Below, piece after piece: positions 46,101-54,444 of a stretch of DNA of 64,000 nucleotides. A program made the position numbers and the translations under genes. The notes under the pieces were generated by a model that made no database searches, was not told the DNA's origin, and saw only the letters and a program-made list of their open reading frames with translations. The stretch covers positions 9,871 to 73,870 of the forward strand of contig DATDXI010000012.1 in the NCBI GenBank assembly GCA_035289385.1, given 5' to 3'. Source of the stretch: Candidatus Nanoarchaeia archaeon (GTDB taxonomy: Archaea > Nanobdellota > Nanobdellia > Woesearchaeales > GW2011-AR9). Position 1 is the first letter of the stretch, and every line of letters begins with the position of its first letter.

Positions 46101-47072
46101 TCATTGTCGAAATTCCACTGCCTTGCTTAAGATCTCTTCGAGACGTTCAAGGTTATCCCCATTATTAGCAGCAATGACCATATCAGCAGCTTCAATGTCA
46201 TGGCAATCGACAACTTCAGTGTCATGATTGAACATCTGCCCGGAATCTAACTTCCTGTTCCCAGTGGTGGGATTAGTTTCAATGTTGTAGCATCTTGCCA
46301 CTCCCCCAGCTTCAACGACATGCAATAAGCCAATGACATCAAACGGTCCACCGATTGCCGTAGTGATATTTCCCACAAGAGTAGGTCGTCCTGTTGCAGA
46401 CAATGCAAAATGGCCGCCGTTAGTATAAAATGTTGATTCTTTTGCTCCTGCAGCTTCAATGCCGCTGCTTAATGCTCTTCTTCCGTCAGCATAAAGAACT
46501 GACCGCTTCCCCTTTTCCCGAGCAAAAGCATGATTGACATCGACTAAAACAGCTCCTTTCTGTAAGCCTTGTTGATTGACATGAAGGAGTAGACCATCTT
46601 CCGATAGCCATTGACCTGACTCATAATCAAACCTATTTAGCCAGGCACCATCTCTTTTGGCAGAGAACCAAAATCTTCCCGTTGTTGGTTCCATCGTAGC
46701 AGCTGCGAGAACTTGTTTTGCTCCGGAGTCATATGCCCCCAGAATAACCGTCGGTGTTGGACCACCGATCAAGAATCCTCCTGTGCCATCAAGTGGATCA
46801 AAGTAGACTTTAATGCTTGATCTCAAACTACCACTATCAGCAGAAGCTTCTTCAGAATTAATCCGATATCTTCCTAACCCTTTCTGAATAATTGGAAGAG
46901 CTCTCTCCTGACTTCCTGTATCCACGACGGTGACTGCTGTCTTGTCTCCTTTAAGGTGATACTCTGTTAAATCAACTTCTCCTAAAATCGCCTCTCTGAT
47001 ATAAGCTGATGAAGCGACTAACGCTTCCTTTGCCGTCTCTCGAAATGCATACGCATCAAATAGTTGTGCCAT
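46101..47072 (-). CDS. Divergent IMPase/FBPase-superfamily phosphatase
   Basis: YFDPLDGTGGF plus upstream acidic motifs (INSEE). The protein is longer and more divergent than the neighbouring paralog. Confidence 0.5.
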   Translation of the reverse strand: MAQLFDAYAFRETAKEALVASSAYIREAILGEVDLTEYHLKGDKTAVTVVDTGSQERALPIIQKGLGRYRINSEEASADSGSLRSSIKVYFDPLDGTGGFLIGGPTPTVILGAYDSGAKQVLAAATMEPTTGRFWFSAKRDGAWLNRFDYESGQWLSEDGLLLHVNQQGLQKGAVLVDVNHAFAREKGKRSVLYADGRRALSSGIEAAGAKESTFYTNGGHFALSATGRPTLVGNITTAIGGPFDVIGLLHVVEAGGVARCYNIETNPTTGNRKLDSGQMFNHDTEVVDCHDIEAADMVIAANNGDNLERLEEILSKAVEFRQ

Positions 47073-47156
47073 AATATTCCCTCCATAAAGTATTTATTTT
47101 ATGTATGTTTTTAGTTTTTTAATCTTCAATTACATCTATACTTCTAATTACACTTA

Positions 47157-47828
47157 CTATTTCCTTCCCACTATTGCAACAATCTCTTGGAGATTATGGA
47201 CGGTGTAATCCACTTCTCCTGCCTTTGGAACAACATTCTTGCCTCTCCCCCAAGGCACCCAGATCGTTGTCATCCCCAGCGCCTTTGCCGGCAATAAGTC
47301 CGTCTTATACCTATCACCGACAACAAAACAATCTTGAGGCAAAAATTTCAAGCCTTCCATGATCTCTTGATAAGGTTTCGTCTTATCATAATCTTCAACT
47401 ACCAATATCTTTTGAAAGAGCTTCTTATCGATGCCCGCCCGTTTCAGCTTCTCCATCTGGCCATCAGCATTTCCTTTGGTGACAAGACCAAAGGCAACCC
47501 CCAGAGCCCTAGCTTTCTGCAGCAATTCCATCACTCCAGGAAGAGGCTTGATGGAATACTCAAAATTAAAGTTATAAAATCCTTTTTTTCCTGCTTCCAG
47601 ATATGAAGCATCAGCATTGATCTCTTTTAAGAAAGTGGTGATAGCATCCGTGCCATCTTTTGCACCTTCATTGATTTCTGCCAATCTCTTTGCCGCTTTC
47701 TCAAATGATAGTACTTTCAACCCCGCCTTGACCATCTCCTCTACTGCCTGATTGGTCAATTGAGGAAACATCGAGCCCCACGTATCTACTAAGCAATCAT
47801 CAAGATCAAAAATAATCAGCTTTCCCAT
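47157..47828 (-). CDS. HAD-superfamily phosphatase
   Basis: Motif I: KLIIFDLDDCLVDTW. Motif IV: VVGDRYKTD. The start at 47828 excludes the repeat-encoded VNYKVNYKVNY extension. Confidence 0.7.
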   Translation of the reverse strand: MGKLIIFDLDDCLVDTWGSMFPQLTNQAVEEMVKAGLKVLSFEKAAKRLAEINEGAKDGTDAITTFLKEINADASYLEAGKKGFYNFNFEYSIKPLPGVMELLQKARALGVAFGLVTKGNADGQMEKLKRAGIDKKLFQKILVVEDYDKTKPYQEIMEGLKFLPQDCFVVGDRYKTDLLPAKALGMTTIWVPWGRGKNVVPKAGEVDYTVHNLQEIVAIVGRK

Positions 47829-47864
47829 ATAATTTACCTTATAATTTACCTTATAATTTACCCT
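47829..47864. repeat. 12-bp tandem repeat ATAATTTACCTT x3 immediately upstream of the HAD start codon
   Basis: Read directly: units at 47829-47840, 47841-47852 and 47853-47864 (the last with one mismatch). Confidence 0.9.
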
Positions 47865-47875
47865 GTCATACCCTA

Positions 47876-48991
47876 TCATATCTCGCAAAAAAGATGCTTA
47901 TAAAGTTTCTGTAACTGAGATTTTAACTCAAAGTTCTTTTCAACTCTTTCCCGTCCAGCCTTTCCCATAGACCCTACCCACTCTGGATTTTCCAAAAAGC
48001 GCTTGATTGCATAAACTATGGCAGCAACATCTTTTTCAGGAACAAGAAACCCCGTTTTTCCATCATCAACCATCTCCGGAATCCCCCATACACTGCTAGC
48101 AATGACGGGTTTGCCGCAAGCCATCGCTTCCAGAAGAGCATTAGGAAATGATTCTGCGCTGTTTCTAAGAGAAGGAAGAACGATGATGTCATGCTGATGA
48201 ATGATCTTTGGCAGTTCTTCCTGAGGGATTCGGCCAATAAAATGAATATAATTATTTTTTGTAAAGTATTTGTTCTTATAATACGATACCAACGGACCAT
48301 CCCCAACGACGGTTAACGATACCAAACCATCAAACAAAGAATCAGAGAATGAATGAACTGCTTCAAAGAGATAATCCAGACCTTTTTCCTTCCAAATTCT
48401 CCCTACAAACAATAGTTGAAGTGGTCGCCCTACTTCTTTCTTTTGAAGAGAGAACTTTTGAGGAGAGAAGAATTGAGTGTCAACACCATTATAGACAACT
48501 TCCCAAGGATGAGAGTATTGTTTCTGGACTATCGCCTGAGAATTATACACTACTTTATCACAGCTTCGAATGACTACAGGCTTTGAAAAAGTGACTACAA
48601 ACGATTTAAGAAGAGCAGAGAGAGAGTGAAGGTCATACTTCCAGGGGCTTCCACAGCGAAAAACAAGCCGTGATTTCCCTTTGATAAACGTGCCAAATAA
48701 TCCACCAACAAAAAAATCATTGATGTAGATGATCTTTGCTTCACCTATTCTTCGACGAAACTTCCACCAATCCAGAATATTTCCACTGTAATAAGTGATA
48801 TTCCCCTCTTTCTTCTGAAAAGGCTTGCCCCAGCAGAAGACGGTGATAGAACGGAATTTTTCAGACAAGAGCTGCAGGATGGGCTTGTGAATGGAATTAT
48901 GAAGAGTTTCCAAGCTAGAAAGGCTGATGAAGAGAAGATCAACAGGGATCTTTCCTTCATTTTCTTCATTCTCTTTAGTTATTTGGTTCAT
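47876..48991 (-). CDS. GT4 (GT-B, group 1) glycosyltransferase
   Basis: ESFPNALLEAMACGKPVIASSVWGIPEMVDDGKTGFLV (E-x7-E region). An SD-like AGGAG lies 8 nt upstream of the ATG, so this gene is leadered. Confidence 0.8.
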   Translation of the reverse strand: MNQITKENEENEGKIPVDLLFISLSSLETLHNSIHKPILQLLSEKFRSITVFCWGKPFQKKEGNITYYSGNILDWWKFRRRIGEAKIIYINDFFVGGLFGTFIKGKSRLVFRCGSPWKYDLHSLSALLKSFVVTFSKPVVIRSCDKVVYNSQAIVQKQYSHPWEVVYNGVDTQFFSPQKFSLQKKEVGRPLQLLFVGRIWKEKGLDYLFEAVHSFSDSLFDGLVSLTVVGDGPLVSYYKNKYFTKNNYIHFIGRIPQEELPKIIHQHDIIVLPSLRNSAESFPNALLEAMACGKPVIASSVWGIPEMVDDGKTGFLVPEKDVAAIVYAIKRFLENPEWVGSMGKAGRERVEKNFELKSQLQKLYKHLFCEI

Positions 48992-49139
48992 ACTATATCT
49001 CCTCTAGACACCATGAACGGTTCTTCTCAAAATCATCCTTAAATATGCTATGCAAAAGAGATCGATACATTGTTCATTTTTCCTATTGCCTACTACCATC
49101 TCTTCCTTCACTCAACACTCAGCCCAAGCTTTCCTAACA

Positions 49140-49147
49140 TTTATAAA
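49140..49147 (+). promoter_or_regulatory. TATA box for the leaderless Alg14/Alg13-flippase operon
   Basis: TTTATAAA, with the centre 26.5 nt upstream of the ATG at 49171. Confidence 0.5.
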
Positions 49148-49170
49148 TATCTTCAGCAGGAATACAACCT

Positions 49171-49653
49171 ATGAAACATATCCTCGTCCACCTCGGAATG
49201 GGCGGCCACACCTCACAGGTACTGCAGCTCATCAGCAGCATGGGTGATAAATATGCTTACAGCTATCTTCTGGGAGATGACGATAAAACATCGGAGAAAA
49301 AGATCATCTTCCCTGGAAAAATTCATCGTGTCAAAAATCCCCGGCTGATGAGCGACAGATCCTTGTTGATCGTCCTCCTCAAAATGATCCCGGCAAGTTT
49401 CCAGCTGTTCCATGTTCTTCGGAGAGTAAAACCGTACGCGGTCATCAGTTCCGGCCCATCATTAGCCATCCCCTTATTCTGGCTTGCTAAACTCTTAGGA
49501 ATAAAAACGATCTTCATCGAGTCTTGGGTGAGGGTGCATCATGGATCTCAGGCAGGAAGATTCTGCTCTTCCGCTGCGGACCTTTTCTTCGTGCAATGGC
49601 CCAGCCTAAAAAACGTCTATCCTAAAGCAGTTTACGTGGGGAGATTATCATGA
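49171..49653 (+). CDS. Alg14-like membrane-association subunit of a split GT28-type glycosyltransferase
   Basis: LGMGGHTSQVLQL, VISSGPSLAIPLFWLAKLLGIKTIFIESWVRV, FFVQWPSL. Confidence 0.75.
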   Translation: MKHILVHLGMGGHTSQVLQLISSMGDKYAYSYLLGDDDKTSEKKIIFPGKIHRVKNPRLMSDRSLLIVLLKMIPASFQLFHVLRRVKPYAVISSGPSLAIPLFWLAKLLGIKTIFIESWVRVHHGSQAGRFCSSAADLFFVQWPSLKNVYPKAVYVGRLS

Positions 49654-50210
49654 TCATAGAAACAGTAATGAAAAAAGCCGTGAAAACTATTTTGGAAAAA
49701 ACAAAGAGAACGATGTTTGTAACCGTGGGCAATGGAACATTTGACCCATTAGTCAAGGAGATCGACAGGCTTAAACAAGAAGGGAAGATCAGAGAAAATG
49801 TTATCATTCAAATAGGCAATGGAACATATCAGCCAAAGAACTGCAAATGGTTTACCTTCGCTCCAGAATTGCAGAAATACTATCAGCAGGCTGACCTCAT
49901 CATCAGCCATGGCGGTCCGGGAACGGTTTTTGAAATCCTGAGAATGGGAAAGAAACTTATTGCAGTGCCCAATCGAGACCGTACTGACCCCCAGCACCAA
50001 GTAGAATATTTGCAAGCCATGGCCAAGGAGACATCTGCTTTGCTCTATTGCGATGATGTCAGCCAGCTTTCATCAACTCTTGAAAAAGCAAAAACCCATC
50101 GCTTTGAGAGATATACTCAACCATCATGCACGATGGCAGAAGAAGTTATCACCTTTCTAGAAAAAGATAGGATAGAGAAAAAAATAGAAAGAGAAGAGAT
50201 AAAGAGATAA
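49650..50210 (+). CDS. Alg13-like catalytic subunit (Glyco_tran_28_C)
   Basis: MFVTVGNGTFDPLV, ADLIISHGGPGTVFEILRMGKKLIAVPN. ATGA overlap with the Alg14-like stop. Confidence 0.7.
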   Translation: MIIETVMKKAVKTILEKTKRTMFVTVGNGTFDPLVKEIDRLKQEGKIRENVIIQIGNGTYQPKNCKWFTFAPELQKYYQQADLIISHGGPGTVFEILRMGKKLIAVPNRDRTDPQHQVEYLQAMAKETSALLYCDDVSQLSSTLEKAKTHRFERYTQPSCTMAEEVITFLEKDRIEKKIEREEIKR

Positions 50211-50227
50211 AGAAAAAAAGAAGAAAG

Positions 50228-51565
50228 ATGATCCAAAAGATTAAATCTATCATCAACCAGGGCGAAACGAGATCACATCTTGTCAAGACGTTCTTCATCT
50301 ACGGATTCATATCATTAAGCATTATCATCCTCCGTGTCCTTATCGCCCGCTTTTATGGCCAAGAGGAGTTAGGGATATTCACGTACTTCTTCAGCTTAGT
50401 CAGCCTGATCTATCTCTTCAGCTCACTCAGCTTGCCGGATGCCCTCACTCAAGTCATCATCAAACAGCCTCATCTGCTGAAACAGGCGTTACTGCGCGTT
50501 GTATGGCAGATCATTCCGCCAACGATCATCTTCACGCTTCTTGCTCTCTTTATCACGGACATCATTAACATCAATCCCGAAATGGAAAACTTTACGGCAG
50601 CGGTTGCATTATATATCATCACTTATACCATCCATTATCTCACCTACTCTATCTTACGAGGTTTCAAGAAATTCGCTGCTGCATCCTGGTTTTCCTTATT
50701 GAACCGCACACTGGCTATCGTCTTTCTCATCGTCATGTTCTGGTTTTCATTCAGTTTTTCCGCTGTGTTATTGAGCATGTCTGCTGCATTGTTGATTGCT
50801 GGTGTGCTAGCCATCCCCAGCATTATCAAGGCGATGAAAGAGAAGAAGCAAGATAGTATTGGCCAGATGACACCTCCGGAACAAGAACATACTCAAAAAA
50901 AAGAAAGCTTCATGGAAACTCTCCACTCCAAAGATTTTTTTCATATCACTCTTGCCTTATTCCTAATGCAGGTAAGCATCTATACGTTGCGCTTTGTGGA
51001 TGCGTTAGTCATCAATTACCTTGCTGATTTTAACAGTTTAGGGTTATACTCTGCCCATTCTTCCATCATCAACGTCATCCGCCTCATAGGCTATGTCTTG
51101 CCGATGGTCGTCGTACCAATGGCAGCAGTCAATAGATACAAGCTCCGAACGTCATTCAAAAAAATCATGATCCTGCTCGTGCCATTTTCCTCTGTCGTTT
51201 TAATTGGAAATTATCTACTCATCCCCTGGCTCTATGGTCCGGAGTACCAAACGACATATCTGCCGGTAGCCCTTGTCATATCTTCCATGATGCTGAACAT
51301 CTATTCGTACTTCAACTCTATTTTTGTCGGAGAAAACAAACATTCCTCATTCTTTATCCGCATCCTCTGGATAGATTTCGCCATTTCCATGATTCTTAAT
51401 ACGGCATTAAACTTCCTCTTTGTCTACTATTGGGGCATTATCGGAGCGCCTATTGCCGTATCTCTAGTATTGATCATCAAGATAGCCTTAAACCTTTATG
51501 GGATAAAGATGTTGAGAGGGAGAAATGCACCAATTGCGGAAACACCAGTGCTTGAAACAATTTAG
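50228..51565 (+). CDS. MOP-superfamily flippase (Wzx-like), second copy
   Basis: The protein is 445 aa with about 12 TM helices. Confidence 0.65.
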   Translation: MIQKIKSIINQGETRSHLVKTFFIYGFISLSIIILRVLIARFYGQEELGIFTYFFSLVSLIYLFSSLSLPDALTQVIIKQPHLLKQALLRVVWQIIPPTIIFTLLALFITDIININPEMENFTAAVALYIITYTIHYLTYSILRGFKKFAAASWFSLLNRTLAIVFLIVMFWFSFSFSAVLLSMSAALLIAGVLAIPSIIKAMKEKKQDSIGQMTPPEQEHTQKKESFMETLHSKDFFHITLALFLMQVSIYTLRFVDALVINYLADFNSLGLYSAHSSIINVIRLIGYVLPMVVVPMAAVNRYKLRTSFKKIMILLVPFSSVVLIGNYLLIPWLYGPEYQTTYLPVALVISSMMLNIYSYFNSIFVGENKHSSFFIRILWIDFAISMILNTALNFLFVYYWGIIGAPIAVSLVLIIKIALNLYGIKMLRGRNAPIAETPVLETI

Positions 51566-51600
51566 CTTAGATAAATATAAAGAAAGCATAGACAAAACAT

Positions 51601-51870
51601 TCACTCTTCCGGCCAGACCTTCTTATTCGTCTCCAGCTCATAGATCTCGATGATCATCACCGGACAGACTTGGGCAGATTCCATAAATTGGTCAAACTGC
51701 AGCTCATCGATGATCAATTCTTCCCTCTCTGCTGTCTTTTTTGCCTGAGGAGATTTTAAGGTGGCTATAGACGTCTCTCTATCAAAGAACCATCCTTCCG
51801 GGAAAGCCGCTTCACAAGCCCCTGCCCCGATGCATTCGCTCTTCCGATAGACTATCTTATACTGCTTCAT
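51601..51870 (-). CDS. Small single-cluster ferredoxin-like protein
   Basis: ECIGAGACEAAFP ... QVCPV Cys pattern. The ATG at 51870 lies 26 nt from a TATA-like TTTTTAAG box (~51897). The upstream part of the ORF (to 52014) is hydrophobic junk. Confidence 0.5.
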   Translation of the reverse strand: MKQYKIVYRKSECIGAGACEAAFPEGWFFDRETSIATLKSPQAKKTAEREELIIDELQFDQFMESAQVCPVMIIEIYELETNKKVWPEE

Positions 51871-52020
51871 CCTTTGATGAAAAAGCCGCTCTCTTAAAAA
51901 GATTGTGATAGAGCAGAGGTTAGAGAAGATACCATCAAAGACAAACAACAGCAAAAAACTGAACAAACCTTTATATATTCTCCAGAAGAATAAACAATAA
52001 AAGGGTCTGAACACTGATTG

Positions 52021-52028
52021 ATATAAAA
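52021..52028 (+). promoter_or_regulatory. TATA box for the leaderless second radical SAM gene
   Basis: ATATAAAA, with the centre 26.5 nt upstream of the ATG at 52052. Confidence 0.45.
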
Positions 52029-52051
52029 AAGAACTGAGGCAATATATTCTT

Positions 52052-53677
52052 ATGAATCCCCCACCACAGGCAATAGCAGGACACCGTGATGATACACTTA
52101 CAGGAATTCCTAAAGCAGCCGCTTCATCACAAGAAGAGAACGAGCCTAACCGCTCCTATCCAAGGCGTTTCAAAAAGATCTTATTTGTTGTAACCAACGT
52201 TTCTGCTGCCTACGGCAAAGCATTGAATCCACACTTAGGCATTGCCATGCTCATGGCGTATCTTGACCGGGAAGGCTTTGAAACATCGGTCATAGACCAG
52301 CAGTTAGGGTATACCGTTGATGATATTGTCAAAAAGGCTAAAGAAGTACAGGCCGACCTTATTGGAGTAACGATGTTCAGTTTTGATTTCATCAGGACGT
52401 ATGAAGTGATCAAAGAGATTAAAAGAAGAACGAAACTGCCCATCATTCTTGGCGGAGCGCATATCTCAACAGTAAAATCAGAAGCTTTAGAAAAGACAGG
52501 ATCTGATTTTGGAGTTACGAGAGACGGGGAAATCCCCTTATTACAATTATGCTTAGGCTATCCTCTAGAAGAAATCAAAAGCCTGCTTTGGAGAAATGAA
52601 AAAGGTCAGATCATTGAAAATCAGATCAGAAAATTAAACTGGCAGTTGGATGAATTACCATTTCCAGCTTACGAAAAATTTGAATTGCCTAAATATATCC
52701 ATTACGTAGACAAACGCTTGCCTATCGAAACGTCAAGAGGCTGCCCTTACAGCTGCACCTTCTGCGATGTAAAGATAAGCATGGGACAAGCCTTCCGGCC
52801 GAGAGGGCCAGACCACATCTTAGCAGAGATAAAGCACTGGTACGACCAAGGATTCCGCTTCTTTGAATTTGTTGATGACGTCTTCACTATGGACATCGAG
52901 CGGGCAAAAGAAGTCTGCCGAAGAATTATCGCCAGCGGCATGAAATTTGACTGGAACTGCGCTAATGGCATCCGGGCAGACAGGGTTGATGAAGAATTAT
53001 TGACGTTGATGAAACAAGCCGGCTGTGTCTTTGTTTCTTATGGTTTAGAGACCGGAAATCCCTACATCCTAAAGGTCATCAAGAAAGCGACAACATTAGA
53101 GAAGATCGAAGAAATTTCTGCTTTAACGAAAAAAGTGGGATTGAAGCATGCCGTAAATTTTATCATCGGCCATCCGGAAGAGACGTATGAATATGCTATG
53201 GATTCTGTAAAATTTGCTAAAAAAATTCTCAAGACCTGTGATTATACCATGGTCAGCAACATGATCCCCTATCCCGGGACAGGTGTTTATCAATGGATCA
53301 GAGAACAAGAAAAGACTGGCCGAGCAAGATTTTTACGCCAGCCGGAAGAATATTTGAGAGATACCACGACTAAAATAGGAGAGCCAGTATTTGAGACGAG
53401 AGAATTCAGGTTTAACGAGCGGATAAAAGCATTGAAAAAAGCCAGAGCTGTTTTTAACAGGTCATTCTTACAATATAGGTTTGGCAAAAAGTTAGGATTA
53501 TTTATTTATCTCATCTGCCAAGATAATGATAAGTATATCGCCTTACGGCGCTTTGCCATGGGGAATAGAGTAGGAAAACACATTTATAATTTCTTGCGGA
53601 AAAATTATTCTATCCATCAGCAGGATAAAGGTGTTCTTCCCGGCACATCGATCAGTGTCTTGGGAAAAGAAGAGTAG
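52052..53677 (+). CDS. B12-binding-domain radical SAM enzyme (class B), second copy
   Basis: KKILFVVTN... B12-like N-domain; SRGCPYSCTFCDV (CxxxCxxC). Confidence 0.8.
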   Translation: MNPPPQAIAGHRDDTLTGIPKAAASSQEENEPNRSYPRRFKKILFVVTNVSAAYGKALNPHLGIAMLMAYLDREGFETSVIDQQLGYTVDDIVKKAKEVQADLIGVTMFSFDFIRTYEVIKEIKRRTKLPIILGGAHISTVKSEALEKTGSDFGVTRDGEIPLLQLCLGYPLEEIKSLLWRNEKGQIIENQIRKLNWQLDELPFPAYEKFELPKYIHYVDKRLPIETSRGCPYSCTFCDVKISMGQAFRPRGPDHILAEIKHWYDQGFRFFEFVDDVFTMDIERAKEVCRRIIASGMKFDWNCANGIRADRVDEELLTLMKQAGCVFVSYGLETGNPYILKVIKKATTLEKIEEISALTKKVGLKHAVNFIIGHPEETYEYAMDSVKFAKKILKTCDYTMVSNMIPYPGTGVYQWIREQEKTGRARFLRQPEEYLRDTTTKIGEPVFETREFRFNERIKALKKARAVFNRSFLQYRFGKKLGLFIYLICQDNDKYIALRRFAMGNRVGKHIYNFLRKNYSIHQQDKGVLPGTSISVLGKEE

Positions 53678-53745
53678 ATAAAAACGTCCGGAACATAATC
53701 CACTATTCAACAATCTTTAAATAAAACCCTTCTTCTGATCCTAAA

Positions 53746-54444
53746 ATGAATTACTCAAAGCTTTATTCCGGAGAACATCTCAAGCAGATTAAGCCGGATT
53801 GGACCTATGACACGTGGTCGTATAAGCATACCTTTGAAGCAAAGATGAAGCACATCATCTCGTTGCTGGAGCAAGTGCCCAAGGAAGCGAAAATATTGGA
53901 TGCCGGCTGCGGACAAGGCCTTCTCGTCCAGGAATTCAAGAAGCGCGGCTATGACATCCAAGGGATTGATGCCTTTTACGATTCCGAGCATGTGGTCAAA
54001 GACAATATCCTCAACAACAAATTTCCCGACAATACGTTTGACGTTGTCCTCTGCTTAGATGTCATCGAGCATTTCCAGAAGGATGAGCAGGAAACACTAG
54101 TTAAAGAATTAGTACGGATCACAAAGCCTGAAGGAAAAATCATCTGGAGCATCCCCAATAAAGGGAATCTTACGGCAAGAATCTTCTTCTTCATTCCAAA
54201 GTTATCGAGAACAGCAAAGCCAGAATACCACCCGGGAGATAGAACTATCAGAGATTATCTGAAATTCATGAGAAAATATATGGCTATAGTATCCTTGCAA
54301 GGCTTATCTCCTACGATCCCTGTGCTTTATCAACTAACGCAATTGTTTCCGAAACACACACAATGGCTCTATAATCTGATCAAGCCTTTTTCAAGATTTT
54401 ATTCTTGGTGTTTTAATGTGATTGTGGTAGGAAGGAAAAGTTAA
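53746..54444 (+). CDS. Class I SAM-dependent methyltransferase
   Basis: KILDAGCGQGLLVQEFKKRGYDIQGIDA, VVLCLDVIEH, GKIIWSIPN. Confidence 0.75.
   Translation: MNYSKLYSGEHLKQIKPDWTYDTWSYKHTFEAKMKHIISLLEQVPKEAKILDAGCGQGLLVQEFKKRGYDIQGIDAFYDSEHVVKDNILNNKFPDNTFDVVLCLDVIEHFQKDEQETLVKELVRITKPEGKIIWSIPNKGNLTARIFFFIPKLSRTAKPEYHPGDRTIRDYLKFMRKYMAIVSLQGLSPTIPVLYQLTQLFPKHTQWLYNLIKPFSRFYSWCFNVIVVGRKS

Noticed and set aside
47829-47888. N-terminal VNYKVNYKVNY extension of the HAD phosphatase ORF
   Set aside because: It is encoded entirely by the 12-bp intergenic tandem repeat and overlaps the upstream GT4 gene. The HAD motif I begins right after the internal ATG at 47828.
51871-52014. N-terminal 48-aa extension of the ferredoxin ORF
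   Set aside because: The extension is hydrophobic low-complexity sequence lying over the divergent promoter. The internal ATG at 51870 has the canonical 26-nt TATA spacing.
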